Source of the DNA: an uncultured Bacteroidota bacterium
GTDB lineage: Bacteria; Bacteroidota; Bacteroidia; UKL13-3
Length of the DNA: 62,541 nucleotides
Direction of reading: 5' to 3'
Assembly (NCBI GenBank): GCA_903834625.1
Contig: CAILJQ010000115.1
Span: 1-62,541, forward strand
Shown in pieces: positions 29,189 through 39,515 of this stretch (positions are counted from its first letter, which is position 1; each line of letters opens with the position of its first letter). The notes under the pieces are model-generated. The model made no database searches and was not told the origin of the DNA. It saw only the letters and a list, made by a program, of their open reading frames with translations. The position numbers were made by a program, and so were the translations under genes.

Positions 29189-29632
29189 CTATCTAAGCGT
29201 CTTGAAAAAATCTTTTAGCAACTCACTACATTCTTGATGAAGAATGCCGTTTTTAATGGTAGTTTTTGGGTGAATTACTGTCTTTCCCAAGTTTTGAAAA
29301 CCTCTTTTTGAGTCGGAAGCACCGTAAATAAGCTCGGCCGGTTGACTCCAAAAAATGGCACCTGCGCACATGGTACACGGTTCTAGGGTTACGTATAATT
29401 TGCAATCTGTAAGGTATTTTGCGCCAATATGATTGGCAGCGGCAGTAATGGCCTGCATTTCTGCGTGGGCCGTTACGTCTTGCAGTTGCTCTGTTAAGTT
29501 ATGACCTTTACCAATAATTTTGTTTTCATACACCACCACAGCCCCTACAGGTACCTCACCCAAATCAAAAGCCTTTTTTGCCTCTTTGATTGCTTCTTTC
29601 ATAAACCAATCATCTGTAAAAATATTTTCCAT
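29189..29632 (-). CDS. tadA: tRNA adenosine(34) deaminase
   Basis: GEVPVGAVV, TAHAEM, LYVTLEPCTMCAGA; start MENIFTDD at 29632. Confidence 0.9.
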   Translation of the reverse strand: MENIFTDDWFMKEAIKEAKKAFDLGEVPVGAVVVYENKIIGKGHNLTEQLQDVTAHAEMQAITAAANHIGAKYLTDCKLYVTLEPCTMCAGAIFWSQPAELIYGASDSKRGFQNLGKTVIHPKTTIKNGILHQECSELLKDFFKTLR

Positions 29633-29718
29633 CTCAGCGCAAAGAAAACAATTTTTTTCGAGGCAATGCTTTCTTAACTTGCTGCCCAGTTTAAACGACC
29701 AATTACCTAGATAGAAAA

Positions 29719-31491
29719 ATGGGAAAATACAGATCAAATACATGTGGTGAATTGCGCCTTAGCGATGCCGGGAAAGTAGTAACTTTAAGTGGATGGGTTC
29801 AAAAAAGAAGAGATTTGGGCGGGATGACTTTTATTGATTTGCGAGATAGGAATGGCATAACTCAAATAGCGTTTAACTTAGAAACGAATGCAACCTTGTG
29901 CGAGCAAGCCCGTAAGCTTGGAAGAGAATTTGTTTTACAAGTTACAGGTTTGGTGAAGGAGCGTGAAAGTAAAAATTTGGTGATTGCCACAGGAGAAATT
30001 GAAATTGAAGCGCAGACTTTAGAGATATTAAATGAGGCCAAAACACCCCCTTTTACCATTGAGGAAAATACAGATGGTGGTGACGATTTACGCATGAAGT
30101 TTCGTTATTTGGATTTGAGAAGAACCAGTGTGAGGAACAATTTGGTATTGCGTCATCAAATGGCCAAAGAAACAAGATCCTTTTTAGATTCTCAAGATTT
30201 TACAGAAGTAGAAACACCTGTTTTAATTAAATCAACGCCTGAAGGTGCGCGCGATTTTGTGGTTCCAAGTAGAATGAACCCTGGTCAGTTTTATGCATTG
30301 CCCCAATCGCCACAAACATTCAAGCAATTGCTTATGGTGGCAGGTTTAGATAGGTACTATCAGATTGTTAAATGCTTTAGAGATGAAGATTTGAGGGCCG
30401 ATAGGCAGCCCGAATTTACCCAGATAGATTGTGAGATGAGTTTTGTGGAGCAAGAGGATGTATTGAATATGTTTGAAGGTTTGGTAAAACACCTTTTTAA
30501 AACAGTGAAGAACTTTGATATGCAAACCATTCCTCGTATGACCTATGCAGATGCCATGAAATTTTATGGGTCTGATAAGCCAGATACTCGTTTTGATCTG
30601 CGTTTTGTAGAGCTCAATGAGTCCACAAATAACCTTATTTCGGGCAAGGGTTTCAAGGTATTTGATGAGGCAGAATTGGTGGTAGGTATTTGTGCTCCTA
30701 ACTGTGCCTCTTATACAAGAAAGCAATTGGATGAATTGACCGATTTTGTGAAGCGTCCACAAATTGGCGCAACAGGTTTGGTTTATGCAAGGGTTAATGA
30801 GGATGGAACGGTTAAATCATCAGTAGATAAATTTTATGATGAGGCAAGTTTACAAGCATGGGCAAACGCATTTGGCGCTAAACCCAATGATTTGTTGTTG
30901 ATTTTAGCTGGACCAAAAGACAAAACCAGAAAGGCCTTAAACGAGTTGCGACTTGAAATAGGTTCAAGGCTTGGTTTAAGAGACAAAAACCAATTCTCTT
31001 GTTTATGGGTATTAGATTTTCCACTCTTAGAATTTAATGAGGAGGAAAACAGGTACTTTGCCATGCACCATCCCTTTACTTCACCTAAACCAGAGGATAT
31101 TCATTTGTTAGAAACGGGAGATTTAGGTTCGGTTCGAGCCAATGCCTATGATATGGTTATAAACGGTGTGGAAGTTGGTGGAGGTTCAGTAAGAATTTTT
31201 AATAAACAATTGCAAGGAAGAATGTTTGAAGTTTTGGGCTTCACAGAAGAACAGGCGCAAAGTCAGTTTGGATTTTTGATGAATGCTTTTGAATATGGAG
31301 CTCCTCCACATGCAGGTATAGCCTTTGGTTTCGATAGATTATGCTCTTTATTTGGTGGAGCAGATAGCATCAGAGACTTCATCGCATTTCCTAAAAACAA
31401 CTCGGGAAGAGATGTGATGATAGACGGTCCAAGTGAAATTGAAGAAAAGCAATTAAAAGAGTTGCATATTTCGGTTCGAACCGAATCTTAA
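29719..31491 (+). CDS. aspS: Aspartate--tRNA ligase
   Basis: [49 protein letters not shown]. Confidence 0.97.
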   Translation: MGKYRSNTCGELRLSDAGKVVTLSGWVQKRRDLGGMTFIDLRDRNGITQIAFNLETNATLCEQARKLGREFVLQVTGLVKERESKNLVIATGEIEIEAQTLEILNEAKTPPFTIEENTDGGDDLRMKFRYLDLRRTSVRNNLVLRHQMAKETRSFLDSQDFTEVETPVLIKSTPEGARDFVVPSRMNPGQFYALPQSPQTFKQLLMVAGLDRYYQIVKCFRDEDLRADRQPEFTQIDCEMSFVEQEDVLNMFEGLVKHLFKTVKNFDMQTIPRMTYADAMKFYGSDKPDTRFDLRFVELNESTNNLISGKGFKVFDEAELVVGICAPNCASYTRKQLDELTDFVKRPQIGATGLVYARVNEDGTVKSSVDKFYDEASLQAWANAFGAKPNDLLLILAGPKDKTRKALNELRLEIGSRLGLRDKNQFSCLWVLDFPLLEFNEEENRYFAMHHPFTSPKPEDIHLLETGDLGSVRANAYDMVINGVEVGGGSVRIFNKQLQGRMFEVLGFTEEQAQSQFGFLMNAFEYGAPPHAGIAFGFDRLCSLFGGADSIRDFIAFPKNNSGRDVMIDGPSEIEEKQLKELHISVRTES

Positions 31492-31659
31492 GCAATTTTG
31501 AAAATATATATTGTTTTTAGGATAGAGATATTTCCTTGATTTGAAACCCTTCCCATGGAATGTTCTCTTTATGTTGATTAAAACCCCTTTGTTTGGACGC
31601 TTCTCACTTTGAAAAGTTTGAAGTAAACTTTATTTTTAACCACTAATTTAACGATTGAT

Positions 31660-32040
31660 ATGGCTTTAGATATTACAGGAAAAATCCTTCAAATTATGCC
31701 TCCTACTTCTGGGACTAGTAAAGCAGGCAAAGATTGGGTAAAACAAGAATTTGTGATTGAAACACAGGAAACCTATCCAAAAAAGGTTTGCATTAGCTTA
31801 ATGGGCGACAAAACTCAAGAGCTTAGTAAGTTTGCACCTGGTAGTGAGGTAAAAGTATCCTTGAATTTAGAGTCGAGAGAATACAACGGAAAATGGTATA
31901 CCAATGTAAATGCATGGAGAATTGAAGCTGCAGGAAATGGTTCTTCAAATGCGGGTGGCGCAGGAAACGACATGGATTCAATGCCTGAGGCACCGGCATA
32001 CAGCAGTGGTGATAGCAGTACTGATGACCTTCCGTTTTAA
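31660..32040 (+). CDS. DUF3127 domain protein (SSB-like OB fold, acidic tail)
   Basis: WVKQEFVIET..YPKK, SREYNGKWYT..AWRI, C-terminal DDLPF. Confidence 0.88.
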   Translation: MALDITGKILQIMPPTSGTSKAGKDWVKQEFVIETQETYPKKVCISLMGDKTQELSKFAPGSEVKVSLNLESREYNGKWYTNVNAWRIEAAGNGSSNAGGAGNDMDSMPEAPAYSSGDSSTDDLPF

Positions 32041-32059
32041 GGAATAGAACTCAGGTAAA

Positions 32060-32971
32060 TTGATACAATACCTCAAACATGAAGAAATAGACCAAGAGCT
32101 TTGGGACAGATGCCTTGAGCAATGTTCGAATGGCTTGGTTTATGGCTTTAGTTGGTATTTAAATGTAGTTAGTCCGGGTTGGGAAGCTTTGGTTTTAGGC
32201 GATTATGAAGCCATTATGCCTCTAACTTGGAACAAGAAGTTTTCTTTTTATTATTTACGTCAGCCTTTTTTTACCCAACAATTGGGAGTTTTTTGCAAAA
32301 CACCTCTTCCGCAAGAGAGGCTAGCAGATTTTTTATTGGCTATACCTGCAAAATTTAGGTATGTAGAAATTCATTTAAATTCAAGTAATAAGTTGTTAGA
32401 CGATCACTTGATGGTGGGAAAGCGAAAGAATTTTGTGTTAGACTTAAACAGGCCATATGTTAAAATTCAGAAGGGTTATCATTCTCAAGCCAAAAGAAAC
32501 TTAAAAGCTGCTAGAAAAGCTGCCATTGAATTGGGTAAGGTAGACTATTCAGAAGTTGTAACATTTTACAAAAAACACAAGGCCCATAGTACCTTGGGTG
32601 TAAAAGAAAGCGATTATCAAATGTTGTTGCAGGTGCTAGAGAAAGCAGAAGATAACCACAAACTATTTTGCAGAGCGGTATTTGATGTAAGTGGAGAGTT
32701 ATTAGCAGCAGGAGCTTTTTTAGAACATCAGAACAGGGTGATTTTTTTATTAGGCAATGGCTCTTCAAAAGGCAGAGATTTGGGAGCAATGACCTTCATG
32801 ATGGAGGGTGTGATTCAACAGTTTGTAGGCACTGATAAAGTGCTTGATTTTGAAGGCTCAGAAATAGATGGCATTGCCCGTTTTTTTAAAAGTTTTGGTG
32901 CAGAGAAAACACATTATTTTAAGTTCAAACGAAACACGCTTCCGTGGTTATTACGTATAATAAAACACTAA
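32060..32971 (+). CDS. GNAT/FemAB-like acyltransferase
   Basis: WYLxxV..W..LV..DYEAIMPL, QPFFTQQLG, DFEGS..GIARFFKSFGA; TTG start. Confidence 0.75.
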   Translation: MIQYLKHEEIDQELWDRCLEQCSNGLVYGFSWYLNVVSPGWEALVLGDYEAIMPLTWNKKFSFYYLRQPFFTQQLGVFCKTPLPQERLADFLLAIPAKFRYVEIHLNSSNKLLDDHLMVGKRKNFVLDLNRPYVKIQKGYHSQAKRNLKAARKAAIELGKVDYSEVVTFYKKHKAHSTLGVKESDYQMLLQVLEKAEDNHKLFCRAVFDVSGELLAAGAFLEHQNRVIFLLGNGSSKGRDLGAMTFMMEGVIQQFVGTDKVLDFEGSEIDGIARFFKSFGAEKTHYFKFKRNTLPWLLRIIKH

Positions 32972-32972
32972 C

Positions 32973-33857
32973 ATGAAATTAGCGGCAATTGATATTGGTT
33001 CAAACGCAGTGCGTTTACAAATAGTAAGGACCTCGGAAGGTAAATCTGTAGAGAACTTTAAGAAGCTTGAGTTTGTGAGAATACCTATTCGATTGGGAGA
33101 CGATGCCTTTAAGGAAGGAAAAATAAGCAAAGAGAAGCGCCGAGTATTTTATGATGCAATGGCTTCTTTTAAGTTTATGATGGATGCTTTTGAAGTAGAC
33201 CATTACATGGCTTGTGCTACCAGTGCCATGCGCGATGCACGCAATGGAGATAAAATCACTCAAAAGGTTGAGGAGAAATTAGGATTAAAAATTCATATCA
33301 TTAGCGGAAAGCGTGAAAGTGAACTTATTCTTGGGTCAATTGGAGATATGTTTGAACCAAAGAAGAATTATTTGACAATTGATGTGGGGGGTGGCTCAAC
33401 AGAGATGACTGTGGTTTCTAATAAAAAAGTTATTAGTTCTGTGTCTTTTGAAATAGGCACTGTGCGGATGATGGATGGAGCTGTGAAAGGAAAGACTTGG
33501 GATACAATTGAACATTGGGTGAAACATAAAACTGCCTCTTACGAAAAGTTAGAAGCCGTAGTTACCAGTGGAACCATCAATAAAATATTTGCCTTATTAA
33601 GTAATGGAGTAGCGAGTCCTACCTTCTCTCGTGCGCAATTAAAAGACTTTCACCGTAAGGTGAGCAAAATGTCGATGCAGGAGCGCATAGACGTGTTTAG
33701 GTTAAATCCAGATAGGGCAGACATCATTGATGTTTCTGCAGATATTTATTTAAGGATTTTAAATTGGGCAAAAATAGATGTCATTCATAGTCCAGACAAT
33801 ACAGGATTGAAGGATGGAATTTTGAATGAATTGTTTACAAGGTATTCCCAAAAATAA
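32973..33857 (+). CDS. ppx: Ppx/GppA family phosphatase (exopolyphosphatase)
   Basis: AAIDIGSNAVRL, ATSAMRDA, DVGGGSTE, IGTVR, RADII. Confidence 0.9.
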   Translation: MKLAAIDIGSNAVRLQIVRTSEGKSVENFKKLEFVRIPIRLGDDAFKEGKISKEKRRVFYDAMASFKFMMDAFEVDHYMACATSAMRDARNGDKITQKVEEKLGLKIHIISGKRESELILGSIGDMFEPKKNYLTIDVGGGSTEMTVVSNKKVISSVSFEIGTVRMMDGAVKGKTWDTIEHWVKHKTASYEKLEAVVTSGTINKIFALLSNGVASPTFSRAQLKDFHRKVSKMSMQERIDVFRLNPDRADIIDVSADIYLRILNWAKIDVIHSPDNTGLKDGILNELFTRYSQK

Positions 33858-33890
33858 ATCCCGTATCGGTTTGAACCAACACGGGATTTA
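33855..33890. terminator. Hairpin between convergent ppx and FKBP genes
   Basis: TAAATCCCGT...ACGGGATTTA, with the inner stem extended by G-U pairs on the minus strand. Confidence 0.7.
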
Positions 33891-33910
33891 TGAAATGATT
33901 ATGGATAATT

Positions 33911-34789
33911 TTATTTAACGTTTACCAACTCACAATCGAAAATAAGTGTGGCATTTGGAGGAATAATACCCCCAGCACCACTAGCGCCATAGGCCAAGTT
34001 GCTAGGTATAATTAATCTAATTTTATCACCAACTTGCATTAAGGCTATACCTTCATCCCAACCAGGAATTACCATTCCTTGGCCAAGTGGAAAGCTAATT
34101 GGCTCACCTCTCTCAACAGAAGAATCAAAAACTTTTCCATCCATTAAGTAACCGGTATAATGTACATCAACTGTTTTTCCAGCTGCAGCTTGCGTGCCAT
34201 CACCTTTTTTAACGATGATATATTTTAAGCCACTTGCTGTTGTTAAGGTATCTTTTCCTTTTACATCATATGGAGTGGCTTTAACAGGTGCAACTGCATC
34301 TAATACTTCAATATCAAAAACGAGTTCACTGTTTGGAGGAATGGTTCCCATATCTCTATTACCGTAGCCAATGGCAGGTGGAATGCTCAATACAGCTTTA
34401 TCGCCAACCTTCAGGAGTTGCAAGCCCTCATCCCATCCTCTAATAACTTGACCTGAACCCACTTTAAATGAGAAGGGTTGGTTTCTGTCTTTAGAACTAT
34501 CGAATTTGGTACCATTGGTAAGTCTGCCTGTGTAGTGAACAGTAACTTTATCACCTGCTTCAACTTGTTTTCCTTTGCCCATTTCTGTAACCTTATACCT
34601 AAGGCCGCTGGCTGTTGTATATTCTTGGTTCACTTTGATCTTTTTATTTGAATTGTTCGACGGAGATTTTTTGTTCTGAGTATTTTCCTTTTTAGGAGCT
34701 GGTTTGGCTGGCTTTTTTTTCGCTGTATCTTGTGCGTTAGCAGTTACACTTAAACCAACAAGGGCAATAAGCAATAATCTTTTAATCAT
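33911..34789 (-). CDS. Tandem FKBP-type peptidyl-prolyl isomerase (two FKBP domains)
   Basis: VHYTG.L..G..FDSS and VI.GWDEG each occur twice; signal peptide. Confidence 0.93.
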   Translation of the reverse strand: MIKRLLLIALVGLSVTANAQDTAKKKPAKPAPKKENTQNKKSPSNNSNKKIKVNQEYTTASGLRYKVTEMGKGKQVEAGDKVTVHYTGRLTNGTKFDSSKDRNQPFSFKVGSGQVIRGWDEGLQLLKVGDKAVLSIPPAIGYGNRDMGTIPPNSELVFDIEVLDAVAPVKATPYDVKGKDTLTTASGLKYIIVKKGDGTQAAAGKTVDVHYTGYLMDGKVFDSSVERGEPISFPLGQGMVIPGWDEGIALMQVGDKIRLIIPSNLAYGASGAGGIIPPNATLIFDCELVNVK

Positions 34790-34794
34790 AAAAA

Positions 34795-35622
34795 TTAGTT
34801 GATTTTTACAAGTTCTACATCAAAAATTAAAGTAGAAAAAGGAGGTATTGGTCCGCTACCACGTGGTCCATAACCTAAGGTCCAAGGAATAATTAATTTG
34901 TATTGATCCCCTTCTTTCATTAATTGGAATCCTTCATCCCAACCGGCAATTACCATTCCAGCACCTACTGTAAAAGTAAATTCTGGAGTACCTGGTTTGG
35001 TTTCGTCGAATACCATTCCGTTTAATAATGAACCTCTGTATTTCACGGTAACTTTATCGCCTTTTTTAGCTTGTTTGCCATTACCTGCTTTTACTATTTG
35101 ATATTTTAAACCAGTAGCAGTGCTTTTTACATCAGTTAAACCGTTAAGGTATGAACCTAATGCAACAGAATCTTGGATGTAAAACTCTTTGTTTTTCTCT
35201 TCAATTTTCTTTTGCATTTCTTGAGAGTTATAGATGTCTAACAGGTGAGCATAAAAGGTAATATAATCACCACTTTTAACACCTGTTGGAAGTCCTTCTC
35301 CAAAATTTGCAAACAGGGTATCAGCAAGAATTTTGAACACAGCACTATCACCTTTTTTCAGTAATGAGAATACTGATTTCAAAGAAGGCTCTTCAGCAGG
35401 TATGTTAAACGGCTTTCCGGCTTTGTATGAATCGAAGATGGCAGAGTCTGTGCTACTCACAACGCCTTTCATGTGAATTTCAAGAATATCACCTGCTGCA
35501 ACCATTCTTGCGTCGTCATCAGAATTGATAATTTTGTATTCAACTCCTTGTTCTGTTTTCTCGAAATTATTACATGCAACAAGCATAGCAAGTGCAGCAA
35601 ATCCGGCTAACATTTTTTTCAT
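34795..35622 (-). CDS. FKBP-type PPIase lipoprotein
   Basis: Lipobox LVAC; C-terminal FKBP ([26 protein letters not shown]); degenerate N-terminal FKBP. Confidence 0.88.
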   Translation of the reverse strand: MKKMLAGFAALAMLVACNNFEKTEQGVEYKIINSDDDARMVAAGDILEIHMKGVVSSTDSAIFDSYKAGKPFNIPAEEPSLKSVFSLLKKGDSAVFKILADTLFANFGEGLPTGVKSGDYITFYAHLLDIYNSQEMQKKIEEKNKEFYIQDSVALGSYLNGLTDVKSTATGLKYQIVKAGNGKQAKKGDKVTVKYRGSLLNGMVFDETKPGTPEFTFTVGAGMVIAGWDEGFQLMKEGDQYKLIIPWTLGYGPRGSGPIPPFSTLIFDVELVKIN

Positions 35623-35635
35623 GTGTTTGTATTTT

Positions 35636-36655
35636 TTAGTTTAATAAATGTTTGTATTCTTTAATGGCCTCTTTGAATTTGGCTTCCACAAAATCAATTG
35701 GATCTGAGCTTTCTCCGCCCGATGCATTGAAGTGACCGCCGCCATTGAAATATTTTCTGGCAAATTCATTTGTAGGGAACTTATCTTTAGACCTGAAGCT
35801 CATTTTACGGGCCACAGTTCTATCAATGATTAATACGGAAAGTTGCACACCTGAAATAGAGAGGCCATAATTAACCAATCCTTCACTGTCGCCGGTGATG
35901 ATAGAAAATTTCTTTAATTCATCAGCACTAACTACAATCAATGCAGTATTAAATTCTTTTAGTATTTGAAGTTTTTCATTTAAACAAAATCCAATAAAAC
36001 GAGTTCTGTTTAGTGAGTAGTTATCGTATATAGCTTCGTAAATTCGGTTCGACTTAGCGCCTTTTTCCAATAACATGGCCGCAACTCTATGGGTGGTGGC
36101 TGTGGTTGATGGATGTTTAAAGGAGGCAGTATCTGTCATGATTCCTGCATATAAACAACTGGCTATTTCCTCATCAATTAAATCAACGTGGCTCATAAGT
36201 TCAATGAACCAAAAAATTAATTCACAGGTTGAGCTTGCGCCGGTGGTCCATAAACGATAATCCTCAAAACCTTCAGGTTCCAAGTGATGGTCGATTAGAA
36301 TTTTTTCGGCAGATGATGCTTCAACCAATTTTCCCAAATTGTTAATGCGTTTAAGCGCGTTAAAATCGAGGCAAAAGATAAGGTCGGCATTAGCAACTAA
36401 CTCAGCGCTCAGTGATTCGTTTTCTTCAAAATTAATCACGCTTTTTTCTCCTGGCATCCATTTAAGGAAGTCGCCATAGTCTGTTGGAGTTACCACGTTT
36501 GCATTGATACCTAGTTTTTTAAGGTAGTTATAAAGGCCCAGTGAGGAACCTAAGGCATCTGCATCTGGTTTGTGGTGAGTAGTAATAACCACTTTAGGTT
36601 TTACCACCGACTCTAAAACAGGTTTTAATAATGAGATATTATTCTGATTTTTCAA
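35636..36655 (-). CDS. nrnA: DHH family bifunctional oligoribonuclease/PAP phosphatase
   Basis: HxxPDADALGS, CLDF, IDHH, TDTxxF, SFRS, GGGHFNASG; TTG start. Confidence 0.9.
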   Translation of the reverse strand: MKNQNNISLLKPVLESVVKPKVVITTHHKPDADALGSSLGLYNYLKKLGINANVVTPTDYGDFLKWMPGEKSVINFEENESLSAELVANADLIFCLDFNALKRINNLGKLVEASSAEKILIDHHLEPEGFEDYRLWTTGASSTCELIFWFIELMSHVDLIDEEIASCLYAGIMTDTASFKHPSTTATTHRVAAMLLEKGAKSNRIYEAIYDNYSLNRTRFIGFCLNEKLQILKEFNTALIVVSADELKKFSIITGDSEGLVNYGLSISGVQLSVLIIDRTVARKMSFRSKDKFPTNEFARKYFNGGGHFNASGGESSDPIDFVEAKFKEAIKEYKHLLN

Positions 36656-36891
36656 AGCGGGTGCAAATATCTACTAATGAATGGTTTTAACGCTAACTTT
36701 TCTGTTTTTTTTTAGCCAAAGTTAAAAAATCTTCCAGTTTCTCTGAAAAACTATTTAAATAATTAATAATCAATTAAATATAATTCAGTGATTTTATGTT
36801 TTTACACATATTAGTGAATCTACCCGCACTAAAATGCGCAATTTGTCTCAATTACTTTAAGGTAAATTAGCGATAAATTCACGGAAGGGTG

Positions 36892-36899
36892 TAATTTTG
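36892..36899 (+). promoter_or_regulatory. -7 box (TAATTTTG) for ndk
   Basis: Exact TAnnTTTG 20 nt upstream of the ATG. Confidence 0.6.
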
Positions 36900-36919
36900 C
36901 GCCCCGATTTAATATATAT

Positions 36920-37336
36920 ATGAGTAACATAACTTTCACTATGATTAAGCCAGATGCGGTAGCAAATGGACACACAGGTAAAATTATTGATCAAATTTTA
37001 GAAGCTGGTTTTTCTATTCAGGCGATGAAATATGTTCGTTTGAGTAAAGAAACAGCAGGAGCATTTTATGCCATACATCGTGAGCGTCCATTTTTTGGTG
37101 AGTTGGTAGATTTTATGACCAGTGGAACCATCGTTGCAGCTGTATTGGTTAAAGAAAATGCGGTAGCAGATTTCAGAGCATTAATTGGTGCTACAGATCC
37201 AGCGAAAGCTGAAGTTGGTACAATCAGAAATCGTTTCGCAAAATCTATTGAAGCTAACGCTATCCATGGTAGCGACAGTGATGAAAATGCAGCTCATGAA
37301 GCTTCATTCTTCTTCAGCGCATTTGAAAGATTCTAA
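36920..37336 (+). CDS. ndk: Nucleoside diphosphate kinase
   Basis: [26 protein letters not shown]. Confidence 0.97.
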   Translation: MSNITFTMIKPDAVANGHTGKIIDQILEAGFSIQAMKYVRLSKETAGAFYAIHRERPFFGELVDFMTSGTIVAAVLVKENAVADFRALIGATDPAKAEVGTIRNRFAKSIEANAIHGSDSDENAAHEASFFFSAFERF

Positions 37337-37352
37337 ATCAATTTTACCCCAC

Positions 37353-37391
37353 AAAAAAGCGGCTGAACCCATAGGTTCAGCCGCTTTTTTT
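37353..37391. terminator. Bidirectional intrinsic terminator
   Basis: AAAAAAGCGGCTGAACC-CATA-GGTTCAGCCGCTTTTTT, a perfect inverted repeat between convergent genes. Confidence 0.9.
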
Positions 37392-37407
37392 ATGTTAAGG
37401 CAATTCC

Positions 37408-39489
37408 TTATTTCTTTTTCGGATTGTTAGGAGTTGGATTTACTGGCATTGAAGCTGGTGTCTCCAATTGCGGGTTAGTAGTTTGTGGGCAACCAGCCAT
37501 ACCTGGCACGCCTGGTTCGTTCGGACAAGCATCTAATTTATCTGGAACGCCATCGGCATCGGTATCCGGACAACCTTTTGTGGCAGCAGGTCCGGCTTCA
37601 GCAGGACACTCATCTAGTTTATTAATTATCCCATCTCCATCCAAATCTGGGCAACCTTTTAATAAAATTGAACCTGGTACCCCAGGGCATTCATCTTGTG
37701 CATCAGGAACAGAATCTCTGTCGTTATCTGGGCAACCGTTTGTAAAAGCGAATCCATACTCATCTGGGCAGGCATCTGAATTGTCTAACACTCCGTCTCC
37801 ATCTCTATCTGGGCAACCAAATCTTCCAATGGCACCAGAATCGTTCGGACATTTATCAAATTTATCGGCCATGCCATCATTGTCAGAATCTGGGCAGCCA
37901 CTTAATTTGGCGCTTCCTTTAACGTCTATGCATGAATCGGCAATATCTTTCACGCCATCTCCATCTGCATCTGGGCAACCGTTGGCTAAAATTGAACCCT
38001 TAGCACCCAAGCATTCGTCTTTGCTATCTGGCACGCTGTCATTATCTGTATCTGGGCAACCATTGAATTTAATGAGTCCAGGTATTTTCTTACATTCATC
38101 TTTTCTATCTGGCACGCCATCATTATCTCTGTCGAATCTTCCACCTATATTGATATTCATCCCCACGCGCATATTGGTATAATGTGCATCTGCCTTAAGT
38201 GTTCCATCAATAGTTGCAATGCCTAATAGGTTATCACTAACTGCATAAATCATGATCGGACCAAGACCCAATGCCATACCAAGACCAACATTTTGTTTTT
38301 GGTCGCGATACATATTGTAATTGGCTCTAAGATCTAATACCCTCCAAATACGTTGGGTAAATGAGGCGCTAAAACCAGGATAAAAAGTGCCATTTGCCAT
38401 TTGCCCATAGGCAACTAAACCAAGGCTTCCACTTTTATAGAGGTTATATTGCATACCCAAATAAACTTGGGTATTAAGTCGAGTTGAGTAACCTGCTATT
38501 TGCGTTTCAACAGGGCTGAATAGGGTGGAAAGGGAATCTGTAAAATTGGCCAACATGGTTGAGTCAATTTCTGAAGGGTCTTCTACATTAAATCCTTCAA
38601 ATCTGAGGGAGGCCTTTTTAGAATAACTCACAGCTTCTTTCCATTTCATGCTACCTACACCTAATACACTGGCAGAAAAGCTCAGTTTATTGTTCATTTT
38701 GTAGTTCATGCCAAAGTCAAAAGATATGCCTGAACCAACAGGTTTGTTGAGGTAATTCATGCCAAATTCATCCATTTTTAGGGTAGAATCATTGATCAAT
38801 TGGTCTATTCTACCTACACCTGCTCCCTTCAACTCATAATCAGTGGCAATAGTAATTGCATATGCATTATTTGAACCACTATCAGTAGTTAAAGTGGTAA
38901 GATTTCTTTCTAATTTGGCATTATAAAAACCAATATTGTATTTGGCTCTAAAACCTAAAGATAATTTCTCATTGATATCTCTGGTGTATCCAAAATAGAC
39001 CGAAGCATAGGATGTCAAATCTAATTGCACATCGGATACGCTGATATCTTTACCAAAATACTTTCCAACGGAAGCATTTCCATAATAGGCCATTGCTAAA
39101 AGATCTTTAGGCAGGCCGATTCTGTGGTCGGCAGTAGTTTGAATGCCAAGGCTGAAATAGTTTTTCTTTATTCTGAACCCAAAGAATAAAGGATTGAGCT
39201 CGTTGTAAATTTGAATATCTTTCAGGTGAAGCTGGTCGTTGTCTAAGAAATTTTCAAGTGATTGTTTTCCTGTTTGGTCGCTACGAAACAAATCATAACC
39301 TGTAATACCTGGCATATAGAATTGGTTATAACTATCAAATAAACCTAAGGTAAAAGACTGGCGCGAAGGAAGGGCTGGATTTAGAAAGTAGGATTGACCT
39401 ACCGTTCTGAAATTATAAAAAGTGAGATTGGTTTGCGCAAATAAGTTACTTGCCAACATCACCAGAGCTATGACGATTAATTTTTTCAT
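37408..39489 (-). CDS. DUF5723-family outer-membrane protein with 8 thrombospondin type-3-like repeats
   Basis: Signal peptide; LNPA, G..FDFG, SASVL..G.M.W and G.G...GP barrel motifs; C-terminal DxDxDG..D..D.C...GCP repeats. Confidence 0.8.
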   Translation of the reverse strand: MKKLIVIALVMLASNLFAQTNLTFYNFRTVGQSYFLNPALPSRQSFTLGLFDSYNQFYMPGITGYDLFRSDQTGKQSLENFLDNDQLHLKDIQIYNELNPLFFGFRIKKNYFSLGIQTTADHRIGLPKDLLAMAYYGNASVGKYFGKDISVSDVQLDLTSYASVYFGYTRDINEKLSLGFRAKYNIGFYNAKLERNLTTLTTDSGSNNAYAITIATDYELKGAGVGRIDQLINDSTLKMDEFGMNYLNKPVGSGISFDFGMNYKMNNKLSFSASVLGVGSMKWKEAVSYSKKASLRFEGFNVEDPSEIDSTMLANFTDSLSTLFSPVETQIAGYSTRLNTQVYLGMQYNLYKSGSLGLVAYGQMANGTFYPGFSASFTQRIWRVLDLRANYNMYRDQKQNVGLGMALGLGPIMIYAVSDNLLGIATIDGTLKADAHYTNMRVGMNINIGGRFDRDNDGVPDRKDECKKIPGLIKFNGCPDTDNDSVPDSKDECLGAKGSILANGCPDADGDGVKDIADSCIDVKGSAKLSGCPDSDNDGMADKFDKCPNDSGAIGRFGCPDRDGDGVLDNSDACPDEYGFAFTNGCPDNDRDSVPDAQDECPGVPGSILLKGCPDLDGDGIINKLDECPAEAGPAATKGCPDTDADGVPDKLDACPNEPGVPGMAGCPQTTNPQLETPASMPVNPTPNNPKKK
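37486..38133 (-). repeat. 8 x 81-nt (27-aa) TSP3-like Ca-binding repeats
   Basis: From DRDNDGVPDRKDECKKIPGLIKFNGCP to DTDADGVPDKLDACPNEPGVPGMAGCP; eight units counted. Confidence 0.9.
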
Positions 39490-39515
39490 GTTCTATTGAT
39501 TGGGTGGTTGGTTAA

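Noticed and set aside
29633-29743. Longer tadA ORF overlapping aspS
   Set aside because: Homology starts at MENIFTDD; the extension covers the divergent promoter region
33911-35622. Calling the FKBP lipoprotein gldI
   Set aside because: Its position after a DHH gene is suggestive, but the sequence alone does not distinguish it from other FKBPs
36656-36919. 264-nt AT-rich nrnA/ndk intergenic region as an sRNA or origin
   Set aside because: No convincing stem-loops or DnaA-box cluster; consistent with a divergent promoter region
37486-38133. Regular 81-nt periodic tctgggcaacc repeats resembling a CRISPR array
   Set aside because: In-frame coding repeats with synonymous variation; no cas genes or leader
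37424-38182. 252-aa repetitive plus-strand ORF (SGQP repeats)
   Set aside because: Antisense mirror of the TSP3 repeats
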